Of a stretch of 64,000 bases of DNA, positions 42,153 to 52,485 are shown piece by piece (position 1 is the first letter of the stretch; each line of letters starts with the position of its first letter). The notes beneath the pieces were generated by a model. The model ran no database searches. It was not told the origin of the DNA and saw only the letters and a list, made by a program, of their open reading frames with translations. The stretch covers positions 1,024,001 to 1,088,000 of the forward strand of contig CATQHZ020000001.1 in the NCBI GenBank assembly GCA_958296135.2, read 5' to 3'. The DNA comes from an uncultured Poribacteria bacterium. GTDB taxonomy: Bacteria; Poribacteria; WGA-4E; WGA-3G. Both the position numbers and the translations under genes were made by a program.

Positions 42153-42507
42153 CTGGGTGCCCCCAATGTTTTCGGAGTCTTCCGCAACGTTTTCTACATG
42201 ATACCCGATTTCGTTTTTTTGTGCAAGTCTTTTTCTCGTGCCTCAGGAAGATTTGGTTGTCGGTTTTGGACGTTCCGTGGTTGTCTGAATCAGGATTTTC
42301 GGGATTTTAGGAAACTCAACCTACAGATGTGGGAGAACTGAATCGTCCTGGGAAACAGAGAAAAATCGTGGATACTGCCGCTGTTTTTTAGGGTGCTGCA
42401 TAATCGGGCAGTTAAGAGACTGCGCACCGAACTCCTCAAAGCCCCGGATTTTGAGGAATACGCGAACGCAGCGACTTAAACCTGCGCGGCGTGTACGCAG
42501 TCTGCCT

Positions 42508-42538
42508 CCGTAGGCGCGGTTGCAAACCGCGCCTACGG
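42508..42538. repeat. REP-like palindrome
   Basis: ccgtaggcgcggttgcaaaccgcgcctacgg. Confidence 0.85.
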
Positions 42539-42628
42539 TAGTCACAATGGTTTTGCGATGCAACGCAGTGTCTCTTTCTTGTAGGCGTAACGGTGGAAAA
42601 TAATGGCCTGTGCATCAGTTCTGGACTG

Positions 42629-42793
42629 CTAAAATAGCCCTTTGTGAAAAAACTTCATTTTTTCTGAAACGTTTTGACGGATGTGTTCAAGCATCGCCGC
42701 TTGGGTAGGTTCCGCTACGGTTTCTGGGACAAGCAGTGCTTTCTGGCATACCAATATAGCAATCAGAAGCATCGCAACCGTTTTGCTAAACAT
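42629..42793 (-). CDS. Small ORF (54 aa) with signal-peptide-like N-terminus; possibly a gene remnant
   Basis: AAGGAGG RBS; MFSKTVAMLLIAILVCQKALLVPETVAE...; below the length cutoff of the ORF track. Confidence 0.4.
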   Translation of the reverse strand: MFSKTVAMLLIAILVCQKALLVPETVAEPTQAAMLEHIRQNVSEKMKFFHKGLF

Positions 42794-42992
42794 GGGTGGT
42801 TCCTCCTTGAAGGCACGGTAAGGACAGATTGCTATATCTGTCCGTGTGTTTGGCGTGGCGGGCGGATAGAGACCTCCGCCCTTACAAACAATTGGCGAAA
42901 TTTGTCATGCTATAGAGTCCTCCCAGGCGAAAAAGGATAGTAAAAAATATTCTTGACATTTTCACGTTTTTCTGTTAACATCATCTGTAAAC

Positions 42993-43334
42993 TTGAATAG
43001 GATGCAACACATGCCGACCCGAGAGGAACTTTACGATGCCGCGCTTGCGCATTTTGCTGAGAACGCATTGGCGGCGGCCGTCAACGCTTTCAAAAAACTG
43101 ACCGAAACGTATCCGGACTATACCGAGGGGTATATCGGATTAGGGCACGCTTATGAACGGCTTGGGAACTACGATGAGGCGCTCGAAGCCGTTCAGCAGG
43201 CGATTGAGCTTGACCCGAGGGACCCGCTCGCGTATACGAGTCTATCTATCTGTTACCAACGAAAGGGGATGATTCCAGAAGCAGAGGATGCGATGGCGAA
43301 ATCGCAACAGCTGCAGATGGAAGCGTCCCGGTAG
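42993..43334 (+). CDS. Tetratricopeptide repeat protein
   Basis: YIGLGHAYERLGNYDEAL...AIELDP; true start possibly 43002 or 43011. Confidence 0.88.
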   Translation: MNRMQHMPTREELYDAALAHFAENALAAAVNAFKKLTETYPDYTEGYIGLGHAYERLGNYDEALEAVQQAIELDPRDPLAYTSLSICYQRKGMIPEAEDAMAKSQQLQMEASR

Positions 43335-43462
43335 TATTACCAATCTGTAGGGCGAGCTCGCCGTGTTTGAGCACCGGTAGGCGCGGTTTGAAACCGCGCC
43401 TACCGGTTCGTTACATTATCGGGCGGATAGAAACATCCGCCCTTACGATTAGGAGGCCTGTT

Positions 43463-43990
43463 ATGACAAACGTTACCTTACTCGATCCGACTTCTCAGGG
43501 GGATGTCTCGGCGAAATTTCTTGCGCCGCGGCTGGACAGCCTTGATGGAAAGGTGATGGGTTTGCTGAACATCACGAAGAACGGCAGCGATATTTTCCTT
43601 GAACGCGTTGAGGAATTAATGCGCGAACGGTTTGACTTGGCGGATGTTATCCATGTCAAAAAGCCGACGTTCTCGCGGCCTGCGCCGATGGATTTGCTTT
43701 CCGAGCTCGCCGAGCGCGCCGATTTCGTGGTTGAAGGGCTCGCCGACTGAGGCTCCTGTATCTCGTGCAGTATGCACGATGGGAGTGCTTTAGAAGAGCG
43801 CGGCGTGCCGAGTGTCGCTGTTTGCACGGAGGTATTTTTTGCTGCTGGGAAGGTGCAGGCGCGCGTTCTCGGGCACGGCGATTTGGAACCGTTGACTGTG
43901 GCGCACCCGATTCAGAGTCTCACGCCGGCTCAGATTCGTCAGCGCGCCGATGATGCGGTTGAAAATATCGCGGCCCGGTTGATGAAGTAG
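43463..43990 (+). CDS. UGSC-type selenoprotein (UGA read-through at 43748-43750)
   Basis: AGGAGG RBS; two in-frame ORFs join as EGLAD-U-GSCISCSMHD; hairpin immediately 3' of the UGA. Confidence 0.88.
43751..43787 (+). promoter_or_regulatory. Putative bacterial SECIS element
   Basis: ctcc...tcgtgca-gta-tgcacga...ggag stem-loop directly after the UGA, with G-U in the apical loop. Confidence 0.7.
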
Positions 43991-43998
43991 GGTCTTAG

Positions 43999-44482
43999 CG
44001 GGGCGGTTTTCGGTGCGCGCGGGGATTCGCGAGGGGCGGTTTTCGGTGCGATCGGGCATCGCGAGGGACAGGCCCTCGCGCTACGGTGAAAGGGGCGGTT
44101 TTCGGTGCGCGCGGGGATTCGCGAGGGGCAGTTTTCGGTGCGATCGGGCATCGCGAGGGGAACCCTCGGCGATTCGCGCTCGCCGGGCCCTCGCGCTACG
44201 GTGCCGGGGGGCGGTTTTCGGTGCGCGCGGGATTCGCGAGGGGCAGTTTTCGGTGCGATCGGGCATCGCGAGGGACAGTGGACATCTCTGCAGCGGGACT
44301 GCAGAGATGACAAAGTTTCGGCGTAACGGCCCTCGCGCTACGGTGCCGGGATGGGTTTTTTTCAACCGAACATTCGCGAGGGACAGGCCCTCGCGCTACG
44401 GCCCCGGGATGGGCTTTTGTCAATGCACGCTCGCGAGGGGAACCCTCGGCGGTTCGCGAGGGCCAGGTTTTGCCGCGCGCTA
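43999..44482. repeat. Composite array of GCGAGGG..CCCTCGCGCTACG palindromes with tandem ggcggttttcggtgcg units
   Basis: About six ttttcggtgcg units and about five ccctcgcgctacgg-like units between convergent genes. Confidence 0.85.
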
Positions 44483-47236
44483 TGGGGCCGGGATGGTTTT
44501 CTCCTTCCGGAAAATGAACTCTCCCTCTACAAAATCGGCGGCGATGGCATCACCGTCGGTGAAGGTGCCTTCCAGCATCTGAATCGCTAACGGATTGAGG
44601 ATATCTCGCTGGAGCACTCTCCGAAGCGGGCGCGCCCCGTAGGCTTCGTCGAATCCGCGTTCTACGAGTTGGGCTTGTGCCTCTTCGGATAGGGTGAGCG
44701 TCATATCCTTCTCCGCGAATCGGGTGCTGAGCTGCGCGAGCTCTAGCGTTACGATGCGTTTCAGTTCGTCCATGCCGAGCCGCTCGAAGATTACCAGGTC
44801 ATCGATGCGGTTCAGGAATTCTGGCGGGAAATGTGCCCGCAAGGCATCCATCACCTTCTGGCGGAGTTCTTCAGCGATCAACCTTGCGTCGGTAATCCAT
44901 TGACTGCCGATATTTGATGTCATGATGACAACCGTATTCTTGAAATCGACGGTGCGGCCCTGGCCGTCTGTCATTCTGCCATCATCTAGCATTTGGAGGA
45001 GGACATTGAACACCTCCGGGTGCGCTTTCTCTACCTCGTCGAGCAAGATAACGCGGTAGGGTTGCCGCCTGACAGTTTCTGTCAGTTGTCCGCCTTCGTC
45101 GTAGCCGACGTATCCGGGTGGTGCGCCGATGAGCCGGGAGACAGCGTGCTTCTCCATGTATTCGCTCATGTCGATGCGCGCCATAGCGTTGGCATCGTCA
45201 AACAAGAATTCGGCGAGGGATTTGGCGAGGTGCGTCTTCCCGACGCCGGTCGGTCCCATGAAAAGGAATGAGCCGAGCGGTTTGCCCGGGTCGCTGAGTC
45301 CGACGCGCGCGCGCCGGATTGCATTGGATACCGCGGCGACGGCCTCGTCTTGTCCGATGACCTGTTCGCGCAGCCGTTCCTCCATGTGGAGCAGTTTCTG
45401 TGTTTCGCCTTCCATGAGCCGAAAGATGGGAATGCCGGTCCACTTCGCTACGATTTCGGCGATGTCTTCCGCGCTGACGTGTTCTTTGAGGAGGCGGGCC
45501 CGGGGTGGTTCGCCGGCTGTTTTTCGAGACCGGGAGGTCTCTCCTACTGGGGAGTGTCGAGACTGGGATGTCTCTCCTACCGGGGAGTGTCGAGACCGGG
45601 AGGTCTCTCCTACTGGTTGTTGCGGCTGGGAGGTCTCTCCTACCGATTTTCGAGACCGGGAGGGCTCTCCTACGGCATCCTCGCGCAAGGTTTGCAGCTG
45701 CTTTTCAAGAGCCGGGATTTTGCCGTATTCAAGTTCGGAGGCTTTGCCCAGGTCTCCGCGCCGTTTCGCTTGTTCGGATTCGATGCGGAGTGCCTCGACC
45801 TGCTCCATCAGTTCGCGAATTTGCACTAAGTTCGCCTTTTCGTTTTGCCAGCCAGCCTTGAGTGCGTTCGCGCGCTCTTTCAATTCAGCGAGTTCCGCGT
45901 TGAGTTTTTCAAGGCGTTGCTTCGCTGCAGCGTCCTCTTCTTTCATCAACGCCTGCTGTTCAATCTGAAGTTGGATGATACGGCGTTCTACCTCGTCAAT
46001 CTCCTCTGGCACGCTATCGATTTCGATGCGGAGCCGAGAGGCGGCTTCGTCCACCAGATCTACGGCTTTGTCGGGCAGGAAGCGTTCGGAGAGATAACGT
46101 TTTGAAAGCGTGGTGGCGGCGACAATTGCGTTGTCCTGAATTTGCACGCCGTGGTGTGTTTCATAACGTTCCTTCAAACCGCGCAGGATTGCGATGGTGT
46201 CTTCGACGGAAGGTTCCTGCACTTGCACAGGTTGGAATCGGCGTTCAAGCGCGGCATCCTTCTCAATATGCTTGCGATATTCATCGAGTGTCGTTGCGCC
46301 GATGCATCGTAGTTCTCCGCGCGCTAACGCAGGCTTCAGCATGTTAGATGCGTCCACGGCTCCTTCCGCTGCGCCAGCGCCGACGATGGTGTGGAGTTCA
46401 TCAATGAAGAGGATGACCTGGCCTTCTGCCTGTTCTACATCGGTGAGTACTGCCTTGAGCCGGTCTTCAAATTCGCCGCGGTATTTACTCCCGGCGATGA
46501 GCGCGCCTAAATCAAGGGCGATGAGGCGTTTCTCACGTAGCGTCTCCGGCACATCGCCGTTTGCGATGCGTTGCGCTAGTCCTTCTACAATCGCCGTTTT
46601 GCCGACACCCGGTTCACCGATAAGGACCGGGTTATTTTTGCGTCTGCGGGACAGTGCCTGCATTACGCGGCGGATTTCCTCGTCGCGTCCGATAACCGGG
46701 TCTAGTTTGCCGGCGAGTGCCTCCTGCGTGAGTTCCCGGCCAAATCGGGTGAGTGCTTGGTATTTGTCTTCCGGGTGCGGATCGGTGACGCGCTGGTTGC
46801 CGCGGATGTCGACGAGTGCCTTGAGGATTTTGTCCTTTGTGACACCTGCATCGCGGAGGATTTGTCCGGTTTCCGCCTGTTTCGTTTCGGCGCAAGCGAT
46901 GAGGAGATGCTCGGTGCTGACGTATTCGTCTTTGAGCGTTGTCGCCTCCTTCATGGCGTTGTCCAAAACGGATTGGAGCGCGGCGGCGATGTACAATTCG
47001 GAGCCGGTGCGTTGCACTTTGGGTGTCTTCTGAACGATTGCCTCGGTTGCTGCCGTAATTCCGGCGGTATCCGCCCCCAGTTTCTGAAAAATGGGGGTGA
47101 CAATTCCATCGGTTTGCGCAATCAGTGCTAGCATGAGGTGCTCAACGCCGAGTTCTGGGCTTTGTGCTTCGCTGGCGAGACTTTGCGCGGTCTGCAGTGC
47201 TTCTTGTGCCTTGATAGTCCATCTGTCAAATCTCAT
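44480..47236 (-). CDS. clpB: ATP-dependent chaperone ClpB with an in-frame repeat insertion
   Basis: [22 protein letters not shown]-domain, [26 protein letters not shown]; GGAGG RBS. Confidence 0.96.
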   Translation of the reverse strand: MRFDRWTIKAQEALQTAQSLASEAQSPELGVEHLMLALIAQTDGIVTPIFQKLGADTAGITAATEAIVQKTPKVQRTGSELYIAAALQSVLDNAMKEATTLKDEYVSTEHLLIACAETKQAETGQILRDAGVTKDKILKALVDIRGNQRVTDPHPEDKYQALTRFGRELTQEALAGKLDPVIGRDEEIRRVMQALSRRRKNNPVLIGEPGVGKTAIVEGLAQRIANGDVPETLREKRLIALDLGALIAGSKYRGEFEDRLKAVLTDVEQAEGQVILFIDELHTIVGAGAAEGAVDASNMLKPALARGELRCIGATTLDEYRKHIEKDAALERRFQPVQVQEPSVEDTIAILRGLKERYETHHGVQIQDNAIVAATTLSKRYLSERFLPDKAVDLVDEAASRLRIEIDSVPEEIDEVERRIIQLQIEQQALMKEEDAAAKQRLEKLNAELAELKERANALKAGWQNEKANLVQIRELMEQVEALRIESEQAKRRGDLGKASELEYGKIPALEKQLQTLREDAVGEPSRSRKSVGETSQPQQPVGETSRSRHSPVGETSQSRHSPVGETSRSRKTAGEPPRARLLKEHVSAEDIAEIVAKWTGIPIFRLMEGETQKLLHMEERLREQVIGQDEAVAAVSNAIRRARVGLSDPGKPLGSFLFMGPTGVGKTHLAKSLAEFLFDDANAMARIDMSEYMEKHAVSRLIGAPPGYVGYDEGGQLTETVRRQPYRVILLDEVEKAHPEVFNVLLQMLDDGRMTDGQGRTVDFKNTVVIMTSNIGSQWITDARLIAEELRQKVMDALRAHFPPEFLNRIDDLVIFERLGMDELKRIVTLELAQLSTRFAEKDMTLTLSEEAQAQLVERGFDEAYGARPLRRVLQRDILNPLAIQMLEGTFTDGDAIAADFVEGEFIFRKEKTIPAP

Positions 47237-47305
47237 GGTGTGCCTCCGGTTGTGATTCGCAGTAGTATTTGCGTAAGTCCTGATTTGGTGATTCATTAAA
47301 GTAAT

Positions 47306-47321
47306 AGCAAGATTCATGCCA
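47306..47321 (-). promoter_or_regulatory. Sigma54 -24/-12 promoter upstream of clpB
   Basis: TGGCAT-GAATC-TTGCT. Confidence 0.6.
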
Positions 47322-47377
47322 GTTTTTGTCGTGCCATTTTGGCAGTGAGGCCTGAATGCATCGGGACGACAAGGATG

Positions 47378-47655
47378 AGTCGAGACGCGGGATGTCTCTC
47401 CTACAAGGGGACATCGGGGCCGGGGGGTTTCTCCTACATCGGGACAGGGATGTCCCTCCTACCGGGGAGAGTCGAGACGCGGGATGTCTCTCTTACAAGG
47501 AGACATCGGGGCCGGGGGGTTTCTCCTACATCGGGACAGGGATGTCCCTCCTACCGGGGAGAGTCGAGACGCGGGATGTCCCTCCTACCGGGGAGAGTTG
47601 AGACGCGGGATGTCCCTCCTACCGGGGAGAGTTGAGACGCGGGAGGTCTCTCCTA
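47378..47655. repeat. Tandem array of about nine GTAGGAG(A/G)GACATCCC-type REP-like units
   Basis: gtcgagacgcgggatgtc(c/t)ctcctac and relatives; includes an internal duplication of about 92 bp. Confidence 0.9.
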
Positions 47656-49335
47656 CCTGTTGAGGCCGGGGGGTTGGGCAGGAGGCATGGGCTCTGTCAC
47701 GACGATTTCTCTATTTACCGGGAGGTGTTCTAGTTCCTGCACGATACCGCTTGGCCAGCGAATTTCAAGCTTATCTACGACAGTGCTCTCTCCAAGCCCA
47801 AAGAGCGGCCTCGGGTCATTGCTGCAGAGGTAGCTGGCATTTCGGCGTACTTCGCGCACCTGTGATGTGGTGCCGAGCGTCAACGTGACGCGCGCTCCGA
47901 TGCCGTCTCGGTTGCTGACGTTGCCAACGAGTTTGAGCCGAAGCCAATTGTGCTGGCTTTCATTTCGCAACAGTTTCACGTCTCCGTTTAGCTGCGTGAC
48001 GACGATGTCTGTATCGCCATCGTTGTCGTAATCGCCGAAGAGTGTGCCGCGGCTGACTCCAGGGTGTTGCGTTGTGGGAGCCGCTTCTACTGGGATGAAT
48101 GTGCCATCGCCGCGGTTCCAGAACACCTGGTCTGGTTGCGCGTAGGAGAGTACATCTGTCATCTGCGCGATGTTAGGAAAGATATGTCCGTTCCCGACGA
48201 AAATATCCAGCCAACCGTCGTTATCGGCATCAAAAAAGCCGGTGCCGAACCCCAGGTAGAGATAACTCTCTTCGCCAAGTTTGGCTTGATAACTGACATC
48301 GGAGAAGGTGCTGTCGCCGTTATTCCGGTAGAGCGTGTTAGTCTCGTAAGAGAAATTGGTAACGAAGATGTCAAGAGTTCCGTCGCCGTTGTAATCGCCA
48401 GCGTCTACGCCCATGCCTGCTTGCGCGATGCCGTCTGCGCTGTAGGCACACCCTGTGAGGATGGCAATCTCAGCGAACGTGCCATCGCCTTTGTTATAGA
48501 AAAGGTAGTTCGGCGTGTCGTCGTTGGCGACATAAATGTCGGGATGGCCGTCTATATTGAAATCCGCGGCGACGATGCCTAGCCCTTTTCCGTGGAACAT
48601 GCCGCCCGGGTCGCGGATGTTCGCTGCTTCGGTGATATCGGTAAACGTTCTGTCGCCGTTGTTTCGATAAAGCCGGTCTGGTGCGCCTTCAAAGTTTTTG
48701 GGGTGGCAGTAACCGCGCACCTTTTCAGCTCCTATTGAAGCGGGGTTCTCCAAGCAGGGAGGGTAGGGCGTGTCTAACGCGTAGTTGAGGTAGTTAACCA
48801 CGTAGAGCTCGAGGTGTCCATCGCTATCGTGATCAAAGAAGGTTGCGCTGGTGCTCCAACGTGCATCGGTAGGCGCGGTTTGCAAGCGCGCTTGTTCAGT
48901 GACATCGGTAAACGTTCCATCGCCGTTATTCCGATAGAGCCGATTTGCCCCGAAGTTTGTCACGTAAATATCGATGTTGCCATCGTTATCGTAATCGCCG
49001 CAGGCGACTCCGTGGGCATAACTATCTTCATTACCGACACCGGCTATCGTGGTGATGTCGGTGAAACTTCCATCGCCGTTATTTCGGTAGAGGACGTTGG
49101 GTGCTGCGCTATTTATCAGATAGAGCTCGAGGTGTCCATCGTTATCATAATCAAGGAATGCGCCGCCTGCGCCGAGGGTTTCGGGTAGGTGAAAGTTTCC
49201 TGTCGCGCCGTTGTCGTGCGTGAAACGGATGCCCGCGGCTTCGGTGACATCGGTGAAGTGGATGCGCGGTTCCGCTGCAAATACGCATAACGGAGTCAGG
49301 ATGAGGAGGAGTGTCTGGATGCGGATAATGTGCAT
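47653..49335 (-). CDS. CRTAC1-like FG-GAP / ASPIC-UnbV repeat protein
   Basis: Repeated DYDNDG and LYRNNGDGTFTD; NRDGIGARV, FGLG, IRWPSG; signal peptide. Confidence 0.92.
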   Translation of the reverse strand: MHIIRIQTLLLILTPLCVFAAEPRIHFTDVTEAAGIRFTHDNGATGNFHLPETLGAGGAFLDYDNDGHLELYLINSAAPNVLYRNNGDGSFTDITTIAGVGNEDSYAHGVACGDYDNDGNIDIYVTNFGANRLYRNNGDGTFTDVTEQARLQTAPTDARWSTSATFFDHDSDGHLELYVVNYLNYALDTPYPPCLENPASIGAEKVRGYCHPKNFEGAPDRLYRNNGDRTFTDITEAANIRDPGGMFHGKGLGIVAADFNIDGHPDIYVANDDTPNYLFYNKGDGTFAEIAILTGCAYSADGIAQAGMGVDAGDYNGDGTLDIFVTNFSYETNTLYRNNGDSTFSDVSYQAKLGEESYLYLGFGTGFFDADNDGWLDIFVGNGHIFPNIAQMTDVLSYAQPDQVFWNRGDGTFIPVEAAPTTQHPGVSRGTLFGDYDNDGDTDIVVTQLNGDVKLLRNESQHNWLRLKLVGNVSNRDGIGARVTLTLGTTSQVREVRRNASYLCSNDPRPLFGLGESTVVDKLEIRWPSGIVQELEHLPVNREIVVTEPMPPAQPPGLNR

Positions 49336-49392
49336 AGTTCGGCGAGCGGAATTCAGGGGCCTTGCGTGGGATGGCCCCGGGGAACGGGGAAT

Positions 49393-50190
49393 TTATTTGT
49401 CGGCGGCCTGATACATTTCGCGCGTTATTCTAAGGATGTCCTGCGGTGCCCCGAGGGCATCGGTAAGATAGTGAGTTTCTGCTTCTTCTCTCAGTTCGTC
49501 AGGAATTCCGTGGAGTGCTTCGGCAATGGGGCCGGCGATGGCAGCGAGGGTATCCGAATCACCGCCCAGAGAGATGGCGTTCCGCACGGCATCTTCATAG
49601 CTGGTTGATTCTAGTGCGCACGTAATCGCTGGTGGCACTGTGCCTTGGCATGTCATATCAAATTCATAGTGGGGGCGCATCTCGTCTACCGTTTGGCCCA
49701 GGTCATATCCATATTCAGCGGCGATGGTTTTTCGGATGTTATCTGGGCTTTCGCCGTGGCATGCGAGCCAGATGGCGTGTGTTGTGGCCCGCGCGCCTTT
49801 CATCCCTTCGGGGTGGTTATGCGTAATTGCTGTTACTTTATCCGAGGCGGCGAGGGCGGCATCGAGTTCTCGCCGGTTGAGGCATGCCGCTGGGGATACG
49901 CGCATCGCCGCGCCGTTATAGAAGAGGTTGTAGGGTTCGGGCACGTCTGAATAAACCCACTGTGTAAAAATACCGCTGTAACCTCGCCGCGGGTGGGCGC
50001 GGCACCATTTCTGCATCGTTTCTGCCGGTGGGAGATTGTGGAGTAGCATATCGGCTACCGCTGCGGTGCAGACTGAATCGTCTGTGTAACGGCATGCTTT
50101 GCCGAAGAAAGGGAAATCTTTGGTTTTGATTCGTGCTTGTTGTGCTTCGTAAATTGAACCGATTGTGTCTCCAATAATTGCGCCTAGCAT
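49393..50190 (-). CDS. ADP-ribosylglycohydrolase
   Basis: GAIIGDTIGS, TDD, NGAAMR, THNHPEG, GGDSDT. Confidence 0.92.
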   Translation of the reverse strand: MLGAIIGDTIGSIYEAQQARIKTKDFPFFGKACRYTDDSVCTAAVADMLLHNLPPAETMQKWCRAHPRRGYSGIFTQWVYSDVPEPYNLFYNGAAMRVSPAACLNRRELDAALAASDKVTAITHNHPEGMKGARATTHAIWLACHGESPDNIRKTIAAEYGYDLGQTVDEMRPHYEFDMTCQGTVPPAITCALESTSYEDAVRNAISLGGDSDTLAAIAGPIAEALHGIPDELREEAETHYLTDALGAPQDILRITREMYQAADK

Positions 50191-50318
50191 GTTGCCTCCT
50201 GAAGGTTCCGTATCGGGACAAGGATGTCCCTCCTACCGTGGCTTGCGCCTAGCGCGGTAGGCGCGGTTTGCAAGCGCGCCTACCGGCAATGATGGTATGT
50301 GCGTTAATTTTTCTGACG

Positions 50319-51145
50319 CTACCGTACTGTGCGCTGCGCCTTCAGATGCGCCCAGGTGGTGGTGAATTTGGCTTGCGCTTCCACACTCGTGACGACTGCG
50401 GCGTATTCGGCGAAGTCTGCTGCGTCAAAAGCGGAGCCGTAGACTTCGACTTCGTCAATCATGCCGCTGAAGTAGTGGATATCGGTGCCTTCGCCATCTT
50501 CATCGTGGAAGACAGCGTTGGCATTGACGTATCCAATGCCGGTGTCGTCGCCGTGCTGAAAGAGCTGCCCGCCCTCTTCGCTGGCAACCTTTTCTCCGTC
50601 AACCCACATCTCGAATTTGTCAGCTTCGACGGCTTCACCCGCTTCACGGATGACTAAGCCGACGTGATACCAGCGGTTTGACTCAACAGGGACAGAGGGC
50701 CAGGCTCCGTCCCAGTTATATTCGGCGCGGTTCCAGCCGCCGACGTAGAGCTGCCCTTCAAACACGTTGATGACGAGCCCGCGGGTGCGTCCGCCTTCCT
50801 CAAAAATCGTCTGTTTCTGCTCGGTGATACTGACATCTGCGCAGTTGAAATACGCGATGATTGTCCGGTCGGTGTAGGGACCGCCTGTGTTGATATCGGT
50901 GGAATCCGGGAGTTTCACCCCGTCTCCATCGCCGTCAAAAAGCAGTGCCTTTCCGACGATGCCGTCAACAACCCCCGGGTCTCCGACGAGTTCGCCGTTC
51001 ACGCCTTTTCCGGAGGAGTCTTCGCCATCACCGTTGTCAAAATCCAAATTGCTGCGACGGTTGCGTCATCTTTCGCTGCGAAGGTTGTCACGGCGGCGAA
51101 CATGAGCAACACACTTAAAACTGAAAAGAAACTCAATTTTGCCAT
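50319..51145 (-). pseudogene. LamG-domain secreted protein with a 1-nt frameshift near 51044
   Basis: The signal-peptide frame (ATG 51145, GGAG RBS) reads ...DATVAAIW then shifts; one extra G restores W-D-F-D, matching paralog 51412..52230. Confidence 0.75.
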
Positions 51146-51263
51146 TTTGCATATCTCCTAGGGTGCTATACCAAATTCACCGCTATAGTTGGGAAGTGCC
51201 CAATTCTAAACAGAACCCGATTTGGTATTGGTTAATTGAAAAAAGGGACCTCATCGTTTTGCG

Positions 51264-51395
51264 AGTCGAGACCCCGGAGGATGTCAAGACGCGGGAGGGC
51301 TCTCCTACAAGGGGTCGAGACGCGGGAGAGCTCTCCTACGGGAGGATGTCGAGACGCGGGAGGGCTCTCCTACTGCAAGAGAGGGCTCTCCTACT
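51264..51395. repeat. REP-like tandem cluster
   Basis: gagacgcgggagggctctcctac, three to four copies. Confidence 0.85.
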
Positions 51396-51411
51396 GCAAG
51401 ATAAGATACCT

Positions 51412-52230
51412 CTAATTTTCTGTGCGTTGGGCTTTTAAATGGGCCCACGTTGTTGTGAATTTCGCCTGTGGTTCGACGCTGAGCGGTTGCGCGAGTTTTG
51501 CGAAGTCCGCTGCGTCAAACGCGGAACCGTAGACGAGCACTTCGTCAATCAACCCGCCGAACCAGTCGATGTCACTGCCGCCGCCGGCATCATCATGGTA
51601 GACAGCATTCTGGTTGGTATGCCCGATGCCGATATCATCGGCGTGAGCGTGGAGTTGCCCGCCTTTTTCCTGAGCGATGCGTTTTCCATCCAGCCACATT
51701 TCAAACTTTTTGCTTTCTACCTTTCCGGCTGCGTCGCGTATGACCAGGCCGACGTGGTACCACTGCTTGGATTTGACATCGGCTGAGGGCCAGGCGCCGT
51801 TCCAGTTATATTCGGCGCGATTCCAGCCGCCGACGTAAACTTTTCCGCCATGCACATAGATGACGAGGCCGCGCGTCCGCCCGCCTTCTTCGTAGATGAC
51901 TTGCTTCCGGTCTTTCACGCCGACATCATCGCAGTAGAACAACGCTGCAACTGTCCGGTCGGTGTAAGGGCCGCCGGAATTAATATCCGCCGAATCCGGT
52001 AATTTGATTCCGTCACTTTTGCCGTTAAACTTCAACGCTTTCCCGGCGATACCGTCGACAGCCTGCGGTTTCCCTGCAAAGTTGCCATCGACTCCCTTTT
52101 TGGAACTATCTTTGGCACTGCCATCGTTGAAGTCCCAGTGGGCGGCGACGGTGGCATCATCGCGCTGTGCAGTCACTGTCACAATGGGCAACAGCGCGAG
52201 ACAGAGTATCACAATAAAAAAGCGAATCAC
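51412..52230 (-). CDS. LamG / concanavalin-like secreted protein
   Basis: AHWDFN, GIAGKALKFNG, WYHV, GLIDEV; TTTWAHLK tail; GGAGG RBS before GTG. Confidence 0.88.
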   Translation of the reverse strand: MIRFFIVILCLALLPIVTVTAQRDDATVAAHWDFNDGSAKDSSKKGVDGNFAGKPQAVDGIAGKALKFNGKSDGIKLPDSADINSGGPYTDRTVAALFYCDDVGVKDRKQVIYEEGGRTRGLVIYVHGGKVYVGGWNRAEYNWNGAWPSADVKSKQWYHVGLVIRDAAGKVESKKFEMWLDGKRIAQEKGGQLHAHADDIGIGHTNQNAVYHDDAGGGSDIDWFGGLIDEVLVYGSAFDAADFAKLAQPLSVEPQAKFTTTWAHLKAQRTEN

Positions 52231-52485
52231 TGTTATGCCTCCTTTTCTATCAGTTGGGGCGGTTAAAATTTTTGAGAGAAACGTCACAGGTTTCCTCAAG
52301 TTAGAATATGTGTTTCAATTATGGCACATTTGCCAAATTTTGTCAAATTAAAAAATGGAAAAAAATTGGTGCATGGACATTTTTCTTGCCAAAAACCTAC
52401 TTTTAGGGTATCATAACGGCATGTAGAAACCTATGCCGGTGTTGTTCTGAAACAGAGCTGCACTGTTGTTTCAACGCGAAAACGA

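Noticed and set aside
43999-44482. Possible CRISPR array or coding ORFs (44013..44582 and overlapping)
   Set aside because: A mosaic of REP-like palindromes; the ORFs are repeat translations
47339-47635. Short ORFs 47339..47635 and 47356..47601 (likewise 9762..9998 and 51139..51438)
   Set aside because: Translations of repeat arrays with no RBS or recognisable domain
47378-47655. Possible CRISPR array
   Set aside because: Units are degenerate, separated by very short non-unique linkers, occur throughout the window, and no cas genes are present
52321-52346. Sigma54 promoter at TGGCACATTTGCC
   Set aside because: The GG-GC spacing does not fit the -24/-12 consensus
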